A stretch of DNA of 64,000 bases from a virus (IMGVR_UViG_3300002895_000002:32001-96000); one strand, 5' to 3'; numbered from the stretch's first letter, positions 8,968 through 18,009 are shown. Numbers and translations are program-made. The notes: generated by a model not told the origin, from the letters alone.

Positions 8968-9366
8968 ATTCATATTCGTGGCTTATTATTGGCATTCTTC
9001 CACCGTTTCGCTCCGAGTCTCATCAAGCAGGGCCGTATCTGCTACCTGCAGACTCCCATCGTAACTGGCAAGAAGAAGGGCAAGATCGTCAAAGTGTTCT
9101 TCGATCTGTCAGAGTACCGTGCCTTCGCTCAGACAGAAGAAGCCAAGCAGTACCAGTTCGACTATCGCAAGGGTTTGGGAAGCTGGGACATTGACAGCGG
9201 CGAACTCCAGGAGGTCATCAAGCTCGTTGGAATGGAGAACATGCTGAAACCCTTCGAATGGTCCGATGAAGCTCCCAAGAAGATTGATGACTGGCTTGGT
9301 GGGAAGAACTCGGATGTTCGGAAGACCTACCTGAACGGTCGCAGCTTCAGCATCGACGGGATATGA
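8968..9366 (+). CDS. gp60-like ORF2 (post-bypass segment of the topoisomerase)
   Basis: IHIRGLLLAFFHRFAPSLIKQGRICYLQTPIV...YRKGLGSW; has no start codon before the essential HIR residues. Confidence 0.9.
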   Translation: MHIRGLLLAFFHRFAPSLIKQGRICYLQTPIVTGKKKGKIVKVFFDLSEYRAFAQTEEAKQYQFDYRKGLGSWDIDSGELQEVIKLVGMENMLKPFEWSDEAPKKIDDWLGGKNSDVRKTYLNGRSFSIDGI

Positions 9367-9371
9367 AATTC

Positions 9372-9400
9372 TTGACATTGATACCTATACCTGTTATTAT
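9372..9400 (+). promoter_or_regulatory. sigma70-type promoter
   Basis: TTGACA-17-TATTAT with TG. Confidence 0.75.
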
Positions 9401-9424
9401 GTAGAAAATGTCAAGGGAGGCTAA

Positions 9425-10753
9425 ATGAAGATTGCAGATTTCTTTGCAAATGATTACACCGATTTTGCCACCTATGATAACTACCGCAACCTCGGTAGCT
9501 ACATAGATGGACTGAAACCGTCCATGCGGAAGATCGTCCACGTCTTTGACAAGAACAACATCACCACCCCAACCAAAGTAGAACAGCTCCAGTCCAAGAT
9601 CGCTGAGCAGACAGAATACCTGCATGGCTCCCATACGTTGGCGGGTGTTATCGTTAACATGTCAACGAGCTACCCTGGCACCAACAACATGCCGCTCCTT
9701 CTCCCTAAGGGTAACTTCGGTACGCGCTGCGTTCAACGTGCGGCGGCTGGCAGGTACATCTACGCATCAAAGGCACCGGCATTCAGTAAACTGTTCAGGG
9801 CGGAAGACAGACCCATCCTCATCGAGCAGGAGTTTGAGGGGACCATCATTGAGCCGAGATTCTTTCTCCCTGTCCTTCCCTTGCTCCTAGTAAACGGTTC
9901 TGAGGGCATTGGAAACGGCTACAGCCAGAAGATCCTCCCTCGTGATCCCAAGCTCCTAGCCAAACTAGTCTTTGAATACCTGACCAAAGGCAAGCTCCCC
10001 AAGAACATCCCACCTTACTTCGAGGGCTTTCAGGGAACAGTCTCTCCCGTTGAAGACAACCCGGGCTCGTGGGTTATTACCGGATGTCTCGAGAAGACAG
10101 ATCGGGCAACTCTCAGAATAACCGAAGTCCCGGTTGGGTATGATCTCGAGGGTTACACCAAGAAGCTCGACGACCTTGAAGAGAAGAAAGTAATCAAAGG
10201 CTACACCGACCGCTCCGACGGTAAGAACAAGATCTGTTTCGACGTCAGGGTTGATCTCGAGTTCATGCGGAAGCCGTTGGAGTGGCAGTTAGCTCAACTC
10301 AAACTCACCCGCAAGTTTAGTGAGACTTACACCTGTCTTGATGAGAATAACGGAATCCGTGAGTTTGAATCTGAGGTTGAAATCCTTAAGGCCTACTGTG
10401 ACTTCCGTGTCAAACAGTATGATGTCCGGAAAGCCTATATTGAAGGAAAGCTCAAGCAGGATATTGGTGTACTGAAGGAAAAGGCCCGCTTCGTTGAACT
10501 GGTAGTAACCGAGAAGATAAAGATCTTCAGGATGACTAAGGTCTATATCGAAGAGCAGTGTGAGAAACATAAGCTCTCGAAGAAGGATGGCTCGTATAAT
10601 TACCTGACCGGCCTTCCCATCCATTCCCTCACCGAAGAGAAGATAGATGAACTCAAGGCTGAGGTTGTGAAGAAGGAAGAGGAGCTTGACTGCATCAGTA
10701 AAACCCCAGCTCAAACCATGTGGATCAACGATATCAAAGAGGCAGTAAAATAA
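9425..10753 (+). CDS. DNA topoisomerase II medium subunit (T4 gp52-like)
   Basis: DGLKPSMRK, YLHG, GNFGTR...AAGRYIY (catalytic Tyr), LVNGSEGIGNG. Confidence 0.95.
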   Translation: MKIADFFANDYTDFATYDNYRNLGSYIDGLKPSMRKIVHVFDKNNITTPTKVEQLQSKIAEQTEYLHGSHTLAGVIVNMSTSYPGTNNMPLLLPKGNFGTRCVQRAAAGRYIYASKAPAFSKLFRAEDRPILIEQEFEGTIIEPRFFLPVLPLLLVNGSEGIGNGYSQKILPRDPKLLAKLVFEYLTKGKLPKNIPPYFEGFQGTVSPVEDNPGSWVITGCLEKTDRATLRITEVPVGYDLEGYTKKLDDLEEKKVIKGYTDRSDGKNKICFDVRVDLEFMRKPLEWQLAQLKLTRKFSETYTCLDENNGIREFESEVEILKAYCDFRVKQYDVRKAYIEGKLKQDIGVLKEKARFVELVVTEKIKIFRMTKVYIEEQCEKHKLSKKDGSYNYLTGLPIHSLTEEKIDELKAEVVKKEEELDCISKTPAQTMWINDIKEAVK

Positions 10754-11265
10754 TGGGCGAGCATGTTGTATTCACATTGGACCAGATTAGAATAGCAACA
10801 CAAAGAGTTGCTGCCGATGTATACAGGGACATCTTTCACCAACCTGCTGTTGTTCTTACCGTGATGAACGGCGGCCTCATGTTCGCTGCTGAACTGGTCA
10901 AGAACTTGCCTCTGGATATTGAGATGGATTATATCCACGCAACCCGGTACAGTGATGGCCTAACTCGAAACGACATTCGGTTTCTTGCGTACCCTAATAC
11001 CGATCTCAAGGGTAAGATCGTTCTGCTCGTTGACGACGTCTGGGATGAAGGCCATACTCTGGAAGAGATCAGGAAGTGGTGCAAGAGTGCAGGAGCGACA
11101 GATGTCCGAGCTGTTGTTCTCGTAAACAAGGAACACGATCGGAAGGTAGGACCCACCCCTGAATATATCGGCTTGACTTGTCCGGACTGGTATCTCTTCG
11201 GGTACGGTATGGACCTCGACGGAACCTGCAGGAACATGACATCGATTTGGAGAGTGACAGAATGA
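10753..11265 (+). CDS. hpt: hypoxanthine/guanine phosphoribosyltransferase
   Basis: VMNGGLMFAAEL, VLLVDDVWDEGHTL PRPP-binding loop, YLFGYGMD. Confidence 0.9.
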   Translation: MGEHVVFTLDQIRIATQRVAADVYRDIFHQPAVVLTVMNGGLMFAAELVKNLPLDIEMDYIHATRYSDGLTRNDIRFLAYPNTDLKGKIVLLVDDVWDEGHTLEEIRKWCKSAGATDVRAVVLVNKEHDRKVGPTPEYIGLTCPDWYLFGYGMDLDGTCRNMTSIWRVTE

Positions 11266-11450
11266 AAATGACAGGCATCGACAAAGCCGGGAATGAAGTG
11301 ACTCTTGAGCTTTCGGACACTGCTCAGCTGAAAGTGAGCATCGAGTACGTCAGGCCATTTGGTGGTGACCTCAACGAGTTTGCAGACAAGCTCGGAGTAC
11401 AGATCACTGAGGTCGATTATCAGACCACCACGGAAAGGATGGTGCACTAA
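11262..11450 (+). CDS. hypothetical protein
   Basis: ATGA coupling, phage-like codon usage. Confidence 0.65.
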   Translation: MKMTGIDKAGNEVTLELSDTAQLKVSIEYVRPFGGDLNEFADKLGVQITEVDYQTTTERMVH

Positions 11451-11746
11451 TAGCAAAACTAACGGCAGCACAGGCCCGGGAAGAAAGCCTGAAGAACCTC
11501 AAAGGTCCGGCAATTCAGGCATATATCGACCACATTGATAACCGCATTGAAGAGGCCATCAACCAGGGAAAGACCATCATATATCATCCGTTTGCTAAGC
11601 TCGACAGCATTCTCAGACGGCCAACCATCGAAGAACGGGAGGCAACACTCAAGCATTTCACTGATGAAGGGTGCACTGTGAAGTATTATCCGAACCCTGA
11701 CCCAGGACACCCTGCAAGCAGCGACTATCACACCATCGAGTGGTGA
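11450..11746 (+). CDS. hypothetical protein with apparent ATA start (98 aa, absent from ORF track)
   Basis: TAATA overlap; open frame AKLTAAQAREESLKNLKG...DYHTIEW; no ATG/GTG/TTG back to the upstream stop at 11408. Confidence 0.6.
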   Translation: MAKLTAAQAREESLKNLKGPAIQAYIDHIDNRIEEAINQGKTIIYHPFAKLDSILRRPTIEEREATLKHFTDEGCTVKYYPNPDPGHPASSDYHTIEW

Positions 11747-11807
11747 AGACATGACACCAAACCCACTGAAATTCTATCGTCCAGTAACCAACACAGGAGA
11801 CAAAACA

Positions 11808-12065
11808 ATGGCAGCTACCTCAGGTCCGTCCGAATCCTTGAACCTCACCCCCACCCGCGAAGAGCAGTACGAGCGTATGATCCTGAACGTCCAGAACTCC
11901 CATGGATGCTCCCGCAGTAAGGCCCGTCGCATCTTGGAATCCATTGCTCGCAAAGAGACCAAGAAGTTCATCAAGGCCGGCAAGAAGCGTCAGGCAGCAC
12001 TTGCGGCGGCTGGCAAGCTGGTTACCCCCGAAGATCTTTTGGGACAGGAGGAAGCTGATGCCTAA
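11808..12065 (+). CDS. hypothetical protein
   Basis: SD GGAG; 85 aa. Confidence 0.65.
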   Translation: MAATSGPSESLNLTPTREEQYERMILNVQNSHGCSRSKARRILESIARKETKKFIKAGKKRQAALAAAGKLVTPEDLLGQEEADA

Positions 12066-12288
12066 CAGACCGGCAGAATGGCCAGTCATCCAGGCGTTTG
12101 AAGTAGTGAACCAACTGGCGGAGGACGAACTTATGGTTACTCCATGTACTAAGTCCTCCTGCTGGTACAACTCAGGGAAAGACCAGGAATGCACCCGCAA
12201 ACTGGATAACATCACGCCGAACTCATACGACTGTCTCGAGTATCGGGATGCCTTTATCACCCCACCAAAAGATCAACCCTACCGATAA
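12058..12288 (+). CDS. small Cys-containing hypothetical protein
   Basis: overlaps the preceding gene; CxxxxC...C...C. Confidence 0.6.
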   Translation: MPNRPAEWPVIQAFEVVNQLAEDELMVTPCTKSSCWYNSGKDQECTRKLDNITPNSYDCLEYRDAFITPPKDQPYR

Positions 12289-12294
12289 TTTCTG

Positions 12295-12323
12295 TTGACA
12301 ATCGTTCTCCCTTCTGTTATTAT
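12295..12323 (+). promoter_or_regulatory. sigma70-type promoter
   Basis: TTGACA-17-TATTAT with TG. Confidence 0.75.
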
Positions 12324-12353
12324 GGAAACATAAAAACATGAAGGGAGAACGAT

Positions 12354-13102
12354 ATGATGTTCCAACCTACCCAGTACCACAAGTTTTTTCGCGGCGGTGT
12401 CCTGCCAATCGAATTCTTCAACATGACCACTGAACAGATCACGGGTATTCAATCCGAACACGAGTACGACGTGCAGATCAACAAGCAAGTTCGTGAGAAT
12501 GCTGCGGCTGCTCGTGCTGCTGCTATCAAGAAGACCAAAGAGCTCTTCGAGTCTTTCGGCATTCGCACTACCGAGTACAAAACTCCTCGCGGTGGTAAGG
12601 CTGGTCATTACCCCACCAAGCAGATGGAAAAGTGTACGAGATCGCTACCGAGCCGTTCATCTTCCGCGAGCCGTATCAGTCATCTACCATGGAGTGTAAG
12701 CTCCCTGACGGTTCCACCTTCCGGAACGCCTGCTCCCCGTGCACCCTCGTGGAACTCCACACCAATGCCCATCGGTTCTGGAACAACCGTCAGACCGCCA
12801 AGAAGCGGGAAGGTGAAGCATTCGCCGGCTATCTGAAGTACGCTATCGAGAACGGCATCCAGGTTTCCGTAGAGCAAGCGTCAGATCCCCAGGTGTTCAT
12901 GCGGACCGTGGACGAGATCGCCTCGGAGAAGTGGTTCAAGGAGACCTACCCGAAAGGCTCCGAGGTTTCCATCTCGTGCTGCCCTGAGTGTTCCACTCAC
13001 ATTGTCGGCGAAAACCGGTGCTTATGTGGAAACGTCCGGGTAGAACTCAATGTCGAAGGTTCTGTACTCAACGGGTTCTATCTTTACGACCAACGGCACT
13101 AG
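12354..13102 (+). pseudogene. hypothetical protein broken by one frameshift
   Basis: ORF 12354 (...PTKQMEK) continues as VYEIATEP... in the 12632 frame at the A-run 12628-12631. Confidence 0.6.
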
Positions 13103-13111
13103 GAGAAAACC

Positions 13112-13264
13112 ATGAATGAAATCCCATGTAAGATGCACTGCGTGTTCGCTATAGACGGTTGTTGTACATGCAAGCCGTTCAACATAGCACCCAACAGTAA
13201 GGCATGCCCTTCATACTTGACGGTTGAACATATGCACATCTATCGGCCGCTTGAGAATCAGTGA
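13112..13264 (+). CDS. small Cys-rich protein (50 aa, absent from ORF track)
   Basis: SD GGAG; MNEIPCKMHCVFAIDGCCTCKPFNIAPNSKACPSY. Confidence 0.55.
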   Translation: MNEIPCKMHCVFAIDGCCTCKPFNIAPNSKACPSYLTVEHMHIYRPLENQ

Positions 13265-13274
13265 AAAAAAACTG

Positions 13275-13303
13275 TTGACAAGTTCCTCCTCATTTGTTAT
13301 AGT
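13275..13303 (+). promoter_or_regulatory. sigma70-type promoter
   Basis: TTGACA-17-TATAGT with TG. Confidence 0.75.
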
Positions 13304-13332
13304 AAAACTACAATAAATGAGGAGGTAACACA

Positions 13333-13593
13333 ATGACCACAACTGTTGAAGAACTCATCGCATATCTCAAAACCCTTCCCCAAAAAGCTGAAGTTTCCTG
13401 TGCCGTTCATGTAGACGGTTACGACGGTGGATGGACTTCTTCAGAAGAACTTGAGCTTCCTATCCGTCGTGAAGATGGTACCTTCGAACAGTGTTCCGAT
13501 AACATCGACTTCACCAGCCTTGTCGGCAACCAGTTCGTAAAGGAAACCGACCCCCGCTTCGGTAAGTCTTACCTCTTCATAGGAAGGAGATAA
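13333..13593 (+). CDS. hypothetical protein
   Basis: SD GGAGG. Confidence 0.75.
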   Translation: MTTTVEELIAYLKTLPQKAEVSCAVHVDGYDGGWTSSEELELPIRREDGTFEQCSDNIDFTSLVGNQFVKETDPRFGKSYLFIGRR

Positions 13594-13595
13594 TC

Positions 13596-13793
13596 ATGAA
13601 AGAAGAAATCCTCAAGAAAATTGCCGAAGTTGAACTCGAGAAGAAGCAAGCATATGATTGTGCATATTACAACGGTAGCATGCACCCCGCTTACGAAAGC
13701 AATCAGGCAATGTATGATTACTGTTTGAAAAAAACTCAGAGAGCTTCTTTAGAAGGACATCATGAGCGAGACCAAGTCCATAATGACAGATGA
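13596..13793 (+). CDS. hypothetical protein (3' end probably altered by an indel)
   Basis: SD GGAG; removing one A from the A7 run 13728-13734 gives the ending LKKLRELL-stop. Confidence 0.55.
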   Translation: MKEEILKKIAEVELEKKQAYDCAYYNGSMHPAYESNQAMYDYCLKKTQRASLEGHHERDQVHNDR

Positions 13794-14071
13794 GCTTACC
13801 GGCCGGTGATATGGCTTTCAAACTCCATATCGCCGTAGAATGGCTCAGTGGGCATGACACTAGATGTGATGTCTGTAATGGTACCGGGAAGATAGAGGAC
13901 ATGTGGGGAGATGATAAGCCATGTCATTATTGTCACGGGTTTAGCCGGATACCAGACCCGCTTCCTCGGGTGCCTAAGGACTTACACGACCACATGATCG
14001 CCGCATGGGTTGAGTTCTGGAATGCACGTAGACCGAAGGAAGAGTTTCTCGACGGAGGGATGAACATATGA
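13790..14071 (+). CDS. DnaJ-type CxxCxGxG zinc-finger protein
   Basis: CDVCNGTG and CHYCHGF. Confidence 0.6.
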   Translation: MSLPAGDMAFKLHIAVEWLSGHDTRCDVCNGTGKIEDMWGDDKPCHYCHGFSRIPDPLPRVPKDLHDHMIAAWVEFWNARRPKEEFLDGGMNI

Positions 14072-14268
14072 TACTCAAGCAAGGTGCCACCTATCGCTAT
14101 ACGCAGAACGGTGTTGTTCGTTCGGTGATCATCGAAGAGATCGTGGTGTACATGTCTGAAGGTGTCATCCATGCGACTGTGCATTACAGTGAACCAGCAT
14201 TCAATGCACATATCACTGAGTCGGCTGAAGCATTTCTCAGCAAAACACCGACCATCATCTACTACTAG
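14068..14268 (+). CDS. hypothetical protein
   Basis: ATGA coupling, SD GGAGG. Confidence 0.65.
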   Translation: MILKQGATYRYTQNGVVRSVIIEEIVVYMSEGVIHATVHYSEPAFNAHITESAEAFLSKTPTIIYY

Positions 14269-14276
14269 GAGGAGCC

Positions 14277-14459
14277 ATGCAAGTTTTTCTATGTGTTCTC
14301 AACAAGCAGACCAATGCCAGGATGTCCAAGGTGCACTCCAATACTCCCAGGGTTGCAGAGGGGATGAAGGAGCACGTCGCCAAGCTGCAGAAGATGTTCG
14401 GTGGGGAGTATGTGGTTGCTCGGTTCATTCAAACCAAAAAAGGGCTGAAGCGCTTATAA
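14277..14459 (+). CDS. hypothetical protein
   Basis: SD GGAGG. Confidence 0.65.
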   Translation: MQVFLCVLNKQTNARMSKVHSNTPRVAEGMKEHVAKLQKMFGGEYVVARFIQTKKGLKRL

Positions 14460-14465
14460 TTTCAG

Positions 14466-14494
14466 TTGACCTTTTCTTTTTGTGGTGTTATCAT
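14466..14494 (+). promoter_or_regulatory. sigma70-type promoter
   Basis: TTGACC-17-TATCAT with TG. Confidence 0.65.
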
Positions 14495-14532
14495 GTTTTT
14501 AAGATGGACACAACACAAAGCGGAGGTAGACA

Positions 14533-14967
14533 ATGAGCCTCATTAGCAACGAGCGTGCAAAGGTCATCGAGAACTACACTGAGGAACTCCGTTGTCGTCA
14601 GGAAGAGAAGAAAAAGCCGCTGGTGCTCCCAGAGCGGCTCGAGCAGGTCATCCAAGAGATGCACCGTGGGGTGACGTACGGTCCTGCCGGGCTCGTGCCT
14701 GTCGCTGTCTGGGATGAACGGTTCGTCCTCATCAAGAGGCCCGGGCGGTTCGGGAGGCGTGGCTGCGGTTCCCGTTCGTACATCCCGACAGCATACACCC
14801 TGCATGACCTCCATGAGTACGTCGTGGGTTCCATGTGTGGTATCACTCTCTTCTACAAGACCACCGTCTGGGAAGCTCCTGAAGGTACCCGTCTCAACAA
14901 GGTGCTAACATCAGCAGCAGTACTCGCGATAAACGCCCGGGTTGCGAATGAGACACAAAATCTTTAG
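14533..14967 (+). CDS. hypothetical protein
   Basis: SD GGAGG, 144 aa. Confidence 0.7.
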   Translation: MSLISNERAKVIENYTEELRCRQEEKKKPLVLPERLEQVIQEMHRGVTYGPAGLVPVAVWDERFVLIKRPGRFGRRGCGSRSYIPTAYTLHDLHEYVVGSMCGITLFYKTTVWEAPEGTRLNKVLTSAAVLAINARVANETQNL

Positions 14968-14975
14968 GCTGAAAT

Positions 14976-15004
14976 TTGACAGAACCCCTCGTTCATGTTA
15001 TGTT
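14976..15004 (+). promoter_or_regulatory. sigma70-type promoter
   Basis: TTGACA-17-TATGTT with TG. Confidence 0.65.
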
Positions 15005-15046
15005 GTATTCATAACAAATGAACCAACCAACAAAGGAGAATAACGA

Positions 15047-15742
15047 ATGGCAAAAGGTAAAGAAACAACTGCAGGATTCAGCTTCTCTGAGGTCGAGATC
15101 AACGTTCTCAAAAACTTCGCTTCCGTCAACCCCAGCATGGTGATCTCGCCGGAAGGTCTCGGGGTCATCAATACCGCCAAGTCGGTGATCGCCAACTATC
15201 CCTTCGCCAAACCGTATGCCTTCGAAGAGTTCGGTGTCTACGAGGTTCCCGAGCTCCTGTCCGTCCTGGGCGCCTTGTCCAATCCGGTCATCGAAGCGAA
15301 CGACAAGTACCTGCTCATCAAGGACGGCGAGTCCAAGACCCGCTACTTCACTACCGCCAAGGACCTGCTCCCGAAAGTGCCGGCTGTCGAGAACAAATTT
15401 TCCCAGGTCAAGTGCGAACTGGACTTCACCCTCCCTGCTGAGAAGCTCGCTGCACTGTTCAAGATGGCGGCAATCATCAAGGCAGAGTGGCTCTTCCTCG
15501 AGAGCGACGGCAAGAAGATCCGCCTCACTGTCGGTAAGGAACTGGACACCTCCAGCAATACCTTCGACGTAACGATCACCGCCGACATCGCCGCAAACGA
15601 TCTCGAGAAGCCAGTCAAGGTTCCCCTCTCGGACCTCAAAGTTCTCCCTGGTGGGTATGATGTGAAGATTTCCACCGCCGGCATTTCCAGGTGGACCGCC
15701 GACGTTGGGGCTACGTATTACATCGGGGTCAAGACTCTGTAA
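15047..15742 (+). CDS. sliding clamp (T4 gp45-like)
   Basis: INVLKNFASVNPSMVI, FGVYEVPELLSVL, LKVLPGGYDVKIS; 231 aa; upstream of the clamp loader. Confidence 0.88.
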   Translation: MAKGKETTAGFSFSEVEINVLKNFASVNPSMVISPEGLGVINTAKSVIANYPFAKPYAFEEFGVYEVPELLSVLGALSNPVIEANDKYLLIKDGESKTRYFTTAKDLLPKVPAVENKFSQVKCELDFTLPAEKLAALFKMAAIIKAEWLFLESDGKKIRLTVGKELDTSSNTFDVTITADIAANDLEKPVKVPLSDLKVLPGGYDVKISTAGISRWTADVGATYYIGVKTL

Positions 15743-15761
15743 ACAGATCAACACTAAACGG

Positions 15762-15798
15762 AAAAGACGCGGATTGTTATTAGATCCGTGTCTTTTTT
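15762..15798 (+). terminator. rho-independent terminator
   Basis: AAAAGACGCGGAT/ATCCGTGTCTTTT followed by T-run. Confidence 0.75.
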
Positions 15799-15799
15799 A

Positions 15800-15828
15800 T
15801 TGACATCATTTTAGAGTCATGTTATCAT
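15800..15828 (+). promoter_or_regulatory. sigma70-type promoter
   Basis: TTGACA-17-TATCAT with TG. Confidence 0.7.
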
Positions 15829-15874
15829 TTTTTAACGATACAGAATGCAACCCAACCGACTAGGAAGACATATC

Positions 15875-16090
15875 ATGGAAAAGTTTCACGTTCTTTCAGC
15901 CGCCTGCCTCTTTGTCCTGCGGTATGTTGTAAGCACTCTTTCAATGATTCAGTACAACAGCAAGTCAGGTGAACTTGAACGGCTCTTAGATGGTATGAAA
16001 GGATACCGCAAGGTTTACAAGACTGGCGGCAAGGATCTTCTGCTTGCTCTGTTGTCCATCGCGTGGCTCGTCGTTTACTACTTCGGATAA
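15875..16090 (+). CDS. small membrane protein
   Basis: two hydrophobic segments. Confidence 0.55.
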   Translation: MEKFHVLSAACLFVLRYVVSTLSMIQYNSKSGELERLLDGMKGYRKVYKTGGKDLLLALLSIAWLVVYYFG

Positions 16091-16101
16091 GGAGAACACT
16101 C

Positions 16102-16329
16102 ATGATCGAACCAGGAACACTCATCGCCGTACTTTTTCTCACCGCCGTCCTCTTCATTCTCATCTCTGCTTTGCTTGCTTTCAAACTTCGCCGGGAGAAG
16201 GACAACCACCGGAACACCCAGTGTCATTTGGATGACTTCATGAGTTCATCCGCACAGCTCATCATCGATAACCATCAGCTTCGTCAACAGATCGCCGGTG
16301 TCGTGGACGATGAAGAGACACACTCATGA
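16102..16329 (+). CDS. small membrane-anchored protein
   Basis: SD AAGGAG; N-terminal TM segment. Confidence 0.65.
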   Translation: MIEPGTLIAVLFLTAVLFILISALLAFKLRREKDNHRNTQCHLDDFMSSSAQLIIDNHQLRQQIAGVVDDEETHS

Positions 16330-16517
16330 TGTTCATCTGCAATCATGCCAGGGAGTTTGGTGTATGCTCTGACTGTTCCCATGATAAACCACACGAGAAA
16401 CAACCCATGAAGATGCTCGGGGATCGCTTCTCCTGCCAAGTTTCTGGACCATGTCAGTTGGATGGAACCGTCGTTGGCTGCCATTGCAAACCTATCGGCA
16501 GTCGTGCCAAACAATAA
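16326..16517 (+). CDS. small Cys/His-rich protein
   Basis: CNH...CSDCSHDKPH...C...C...CHC. Confidence 0.6.
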   Translation: MMFICNHAREFGVCSDCSHDKPHEKQPMKMLGDRFSCQVSGPCQLDGTVVGCHCKPIGSRAKQ

Positions 16518-16529
16518 AGAGATCACAAT

Positions 16530-17006
16530 ATGCTTGAAAACATCAAGATTCTTTTCACCACCTTCCTCATCTTCGGCATTCTCGTAGTCTCGCTCTACTT
16601 CGCGCCGGCATATCCGATTGCCAAGTTTGCTCTTGGGGTTATCAACACGATACTCATCTTCTGGGCGATCGTTCTTGTTATCGGTGCAGCGTTCCTTTGC
16701 TCAAACAGTGCTCGTTCGGATATTTCTAGCAAAATTGTGAAGGATGCTGCCTTTCGTGCGGACACCACAACGAAAGTACGCAACATTCTTTCCAAGACCA
16801 CATATATCTACGTCTGGAACTTCTGCATCGTCCTCTGCTACATTGCAGCATGTGCCTACGCCACAGCCAACAGTTTCTTCTTCACTGCATCCTTGATGCT
16901 CGTGTTGTCTATCGTAACATTCATCTTCCCTAGGGCAGTCGTTTCATTTGCGGAGTACTGTAATGATGTGATCATCAGGTATGACGAACGCGCAAGCTGG
17001 CGGTAG
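16530..17006 (+). CDS. multi-pass membrane protein
   Basis: about four hydrophobic segments. Confidence 0.7.
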   Translation: MLENIKILFTTFLIFGILVVSLYFAPAYPIAKFALGVINTILIFWAIVLVIGAAFLCSNSARSDISSKIVKDAAFRADTTTKVRNILSKTTYIYVWNFCIVLCYIAACAYATANSFFFTASLMLVLSIVTFIFPRAVVSFAEYCNDVIIRYDERASWR

Positions 17007-17010
17007 TAAT

Positions 17011-17039
17011 TTGACAGAACAATCATCTTCAAGTAATAT
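17011..17039 (+). promoter_or_regulatory. sigma70-type promoter
   Basis: TTGACA-17-TAATAT. Confidence 0.65.
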
Positions 17040-17067
17040 AAAAACAACAACAAACGAAGGAGAAAAT

Positions 17068-18009
17068 ATGAAACATATTGGTACGAGTAGTTTATGGGTA
17101 GAAAAATACCGCCCAAGATGCGTCGCAGACTACCTGGCAACACCTAAGGTCAAATCAATTCTCGACCACATCATTCAGACCAACGACATTCCTCATCTCC
17201 TGCTCTACTCCAAGAGCCCAGGCACAGGTAAGACCACGTTCGCAAACGTGGTGGCTAAAGAGCTCGAATGTGACCTGCTCTACAAGAACGGGTCAATCGA
17301 CACTAGCATCGACAGCATCCGGTATGACGTGCAGCAGTTCACAATGACCAGCTCACTGATGGGTGGGAAGAAGCTCGTGGTGCTCGACGAGGCAGAGCGG
17401 CTCTCACAGAATGCCCAGGAAGCACTGAAAGTCCTGATGGAACAGTGTGAAGGAAACGCACGGTTCATCATCTGTACCAACAACATGCAACGGGTGGTGG
17501 CTCCGGTTATCAGTCGTTGTCAGATCGTTGAGTTTGACCATACTGAGGCGGACAAGCAAGCACTGATGATTCAGTATTTCAAGCGGGTCCAGTTCATCCT
17601 CTCCAACGAAGGAGTTGAGTACGACAAAGCAGTGCTCGCAGAGCTCATCAAGAAGCTCTACCCAGACCTTCGCAAGACTATCGGTCAGCTCCAGCAATTC
17701 TCCAAAACCCACAAGAGCATCACCCAAGAAGTGTTAGGTGATCTCGACGATAGTCAGACCCTGGATCTCGTTGCGAAGATGAAGGCAAAGAAGTTCGAAC
17801 CGATCCGAGCAGCCTGCAGTAACATTGACCCAAGTGGATTTTTCTCAACGTTCTATGCTGAGATATCAAATCTTCTTCAGCCAGAGTGCATTCCCGATAC
17901 AATTTTGATTTTAGCCAGGTACGCGAACACGCATTGCCTAACTACAGATACCGAAATAAATCTCGCGGCATGCATCGTTGAGCTCATGTCAACCATCAAG
18001 TGGAAATAA
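17068..18009 (+). CDS. clamp loader large subunit (T4 gp44/RFC-like AAA+)
   Basis: LWVEKYRP, Walker A SPGTGKTT, Walker B LDEAE, SRC motif; SD AAGGAG. Confidence 0.95.
   Translation: MKHIGTSSLWVEKYRPRCVADYLATPKVKSILDHIIQTNDIPHLLLYSKSPGTGKTTFANVVAKELECDLLYKNGSIDTSIDSIRYDVQQFTMTSSLMGGKKLVVLDEAERLSQNAQEALKVLMEQCEGNARFIICTNNMQRVVAPVISRCQIVEFDHTEADKQALMIQYFKRVQFILSNEGVEYDKAVLAELIKKLYPDLRKTIGQLQQFSKTHKSITQEVLGDLDDSQTLDLVAKMKAKKFEPIRAACSNIDPSGFFSTFYAEISNLLQPECIPDTILILARYANTHCLTTDTEINLAACIVELMSTIKWK

Noticed and set aside
12624-12635. Programmed -1 frameshift at G GAA AAG
   Set aside because: Not a canonical slippery heptamer, no clear stimulator, and similar homopolymer indels occur in several neighbouring genes.
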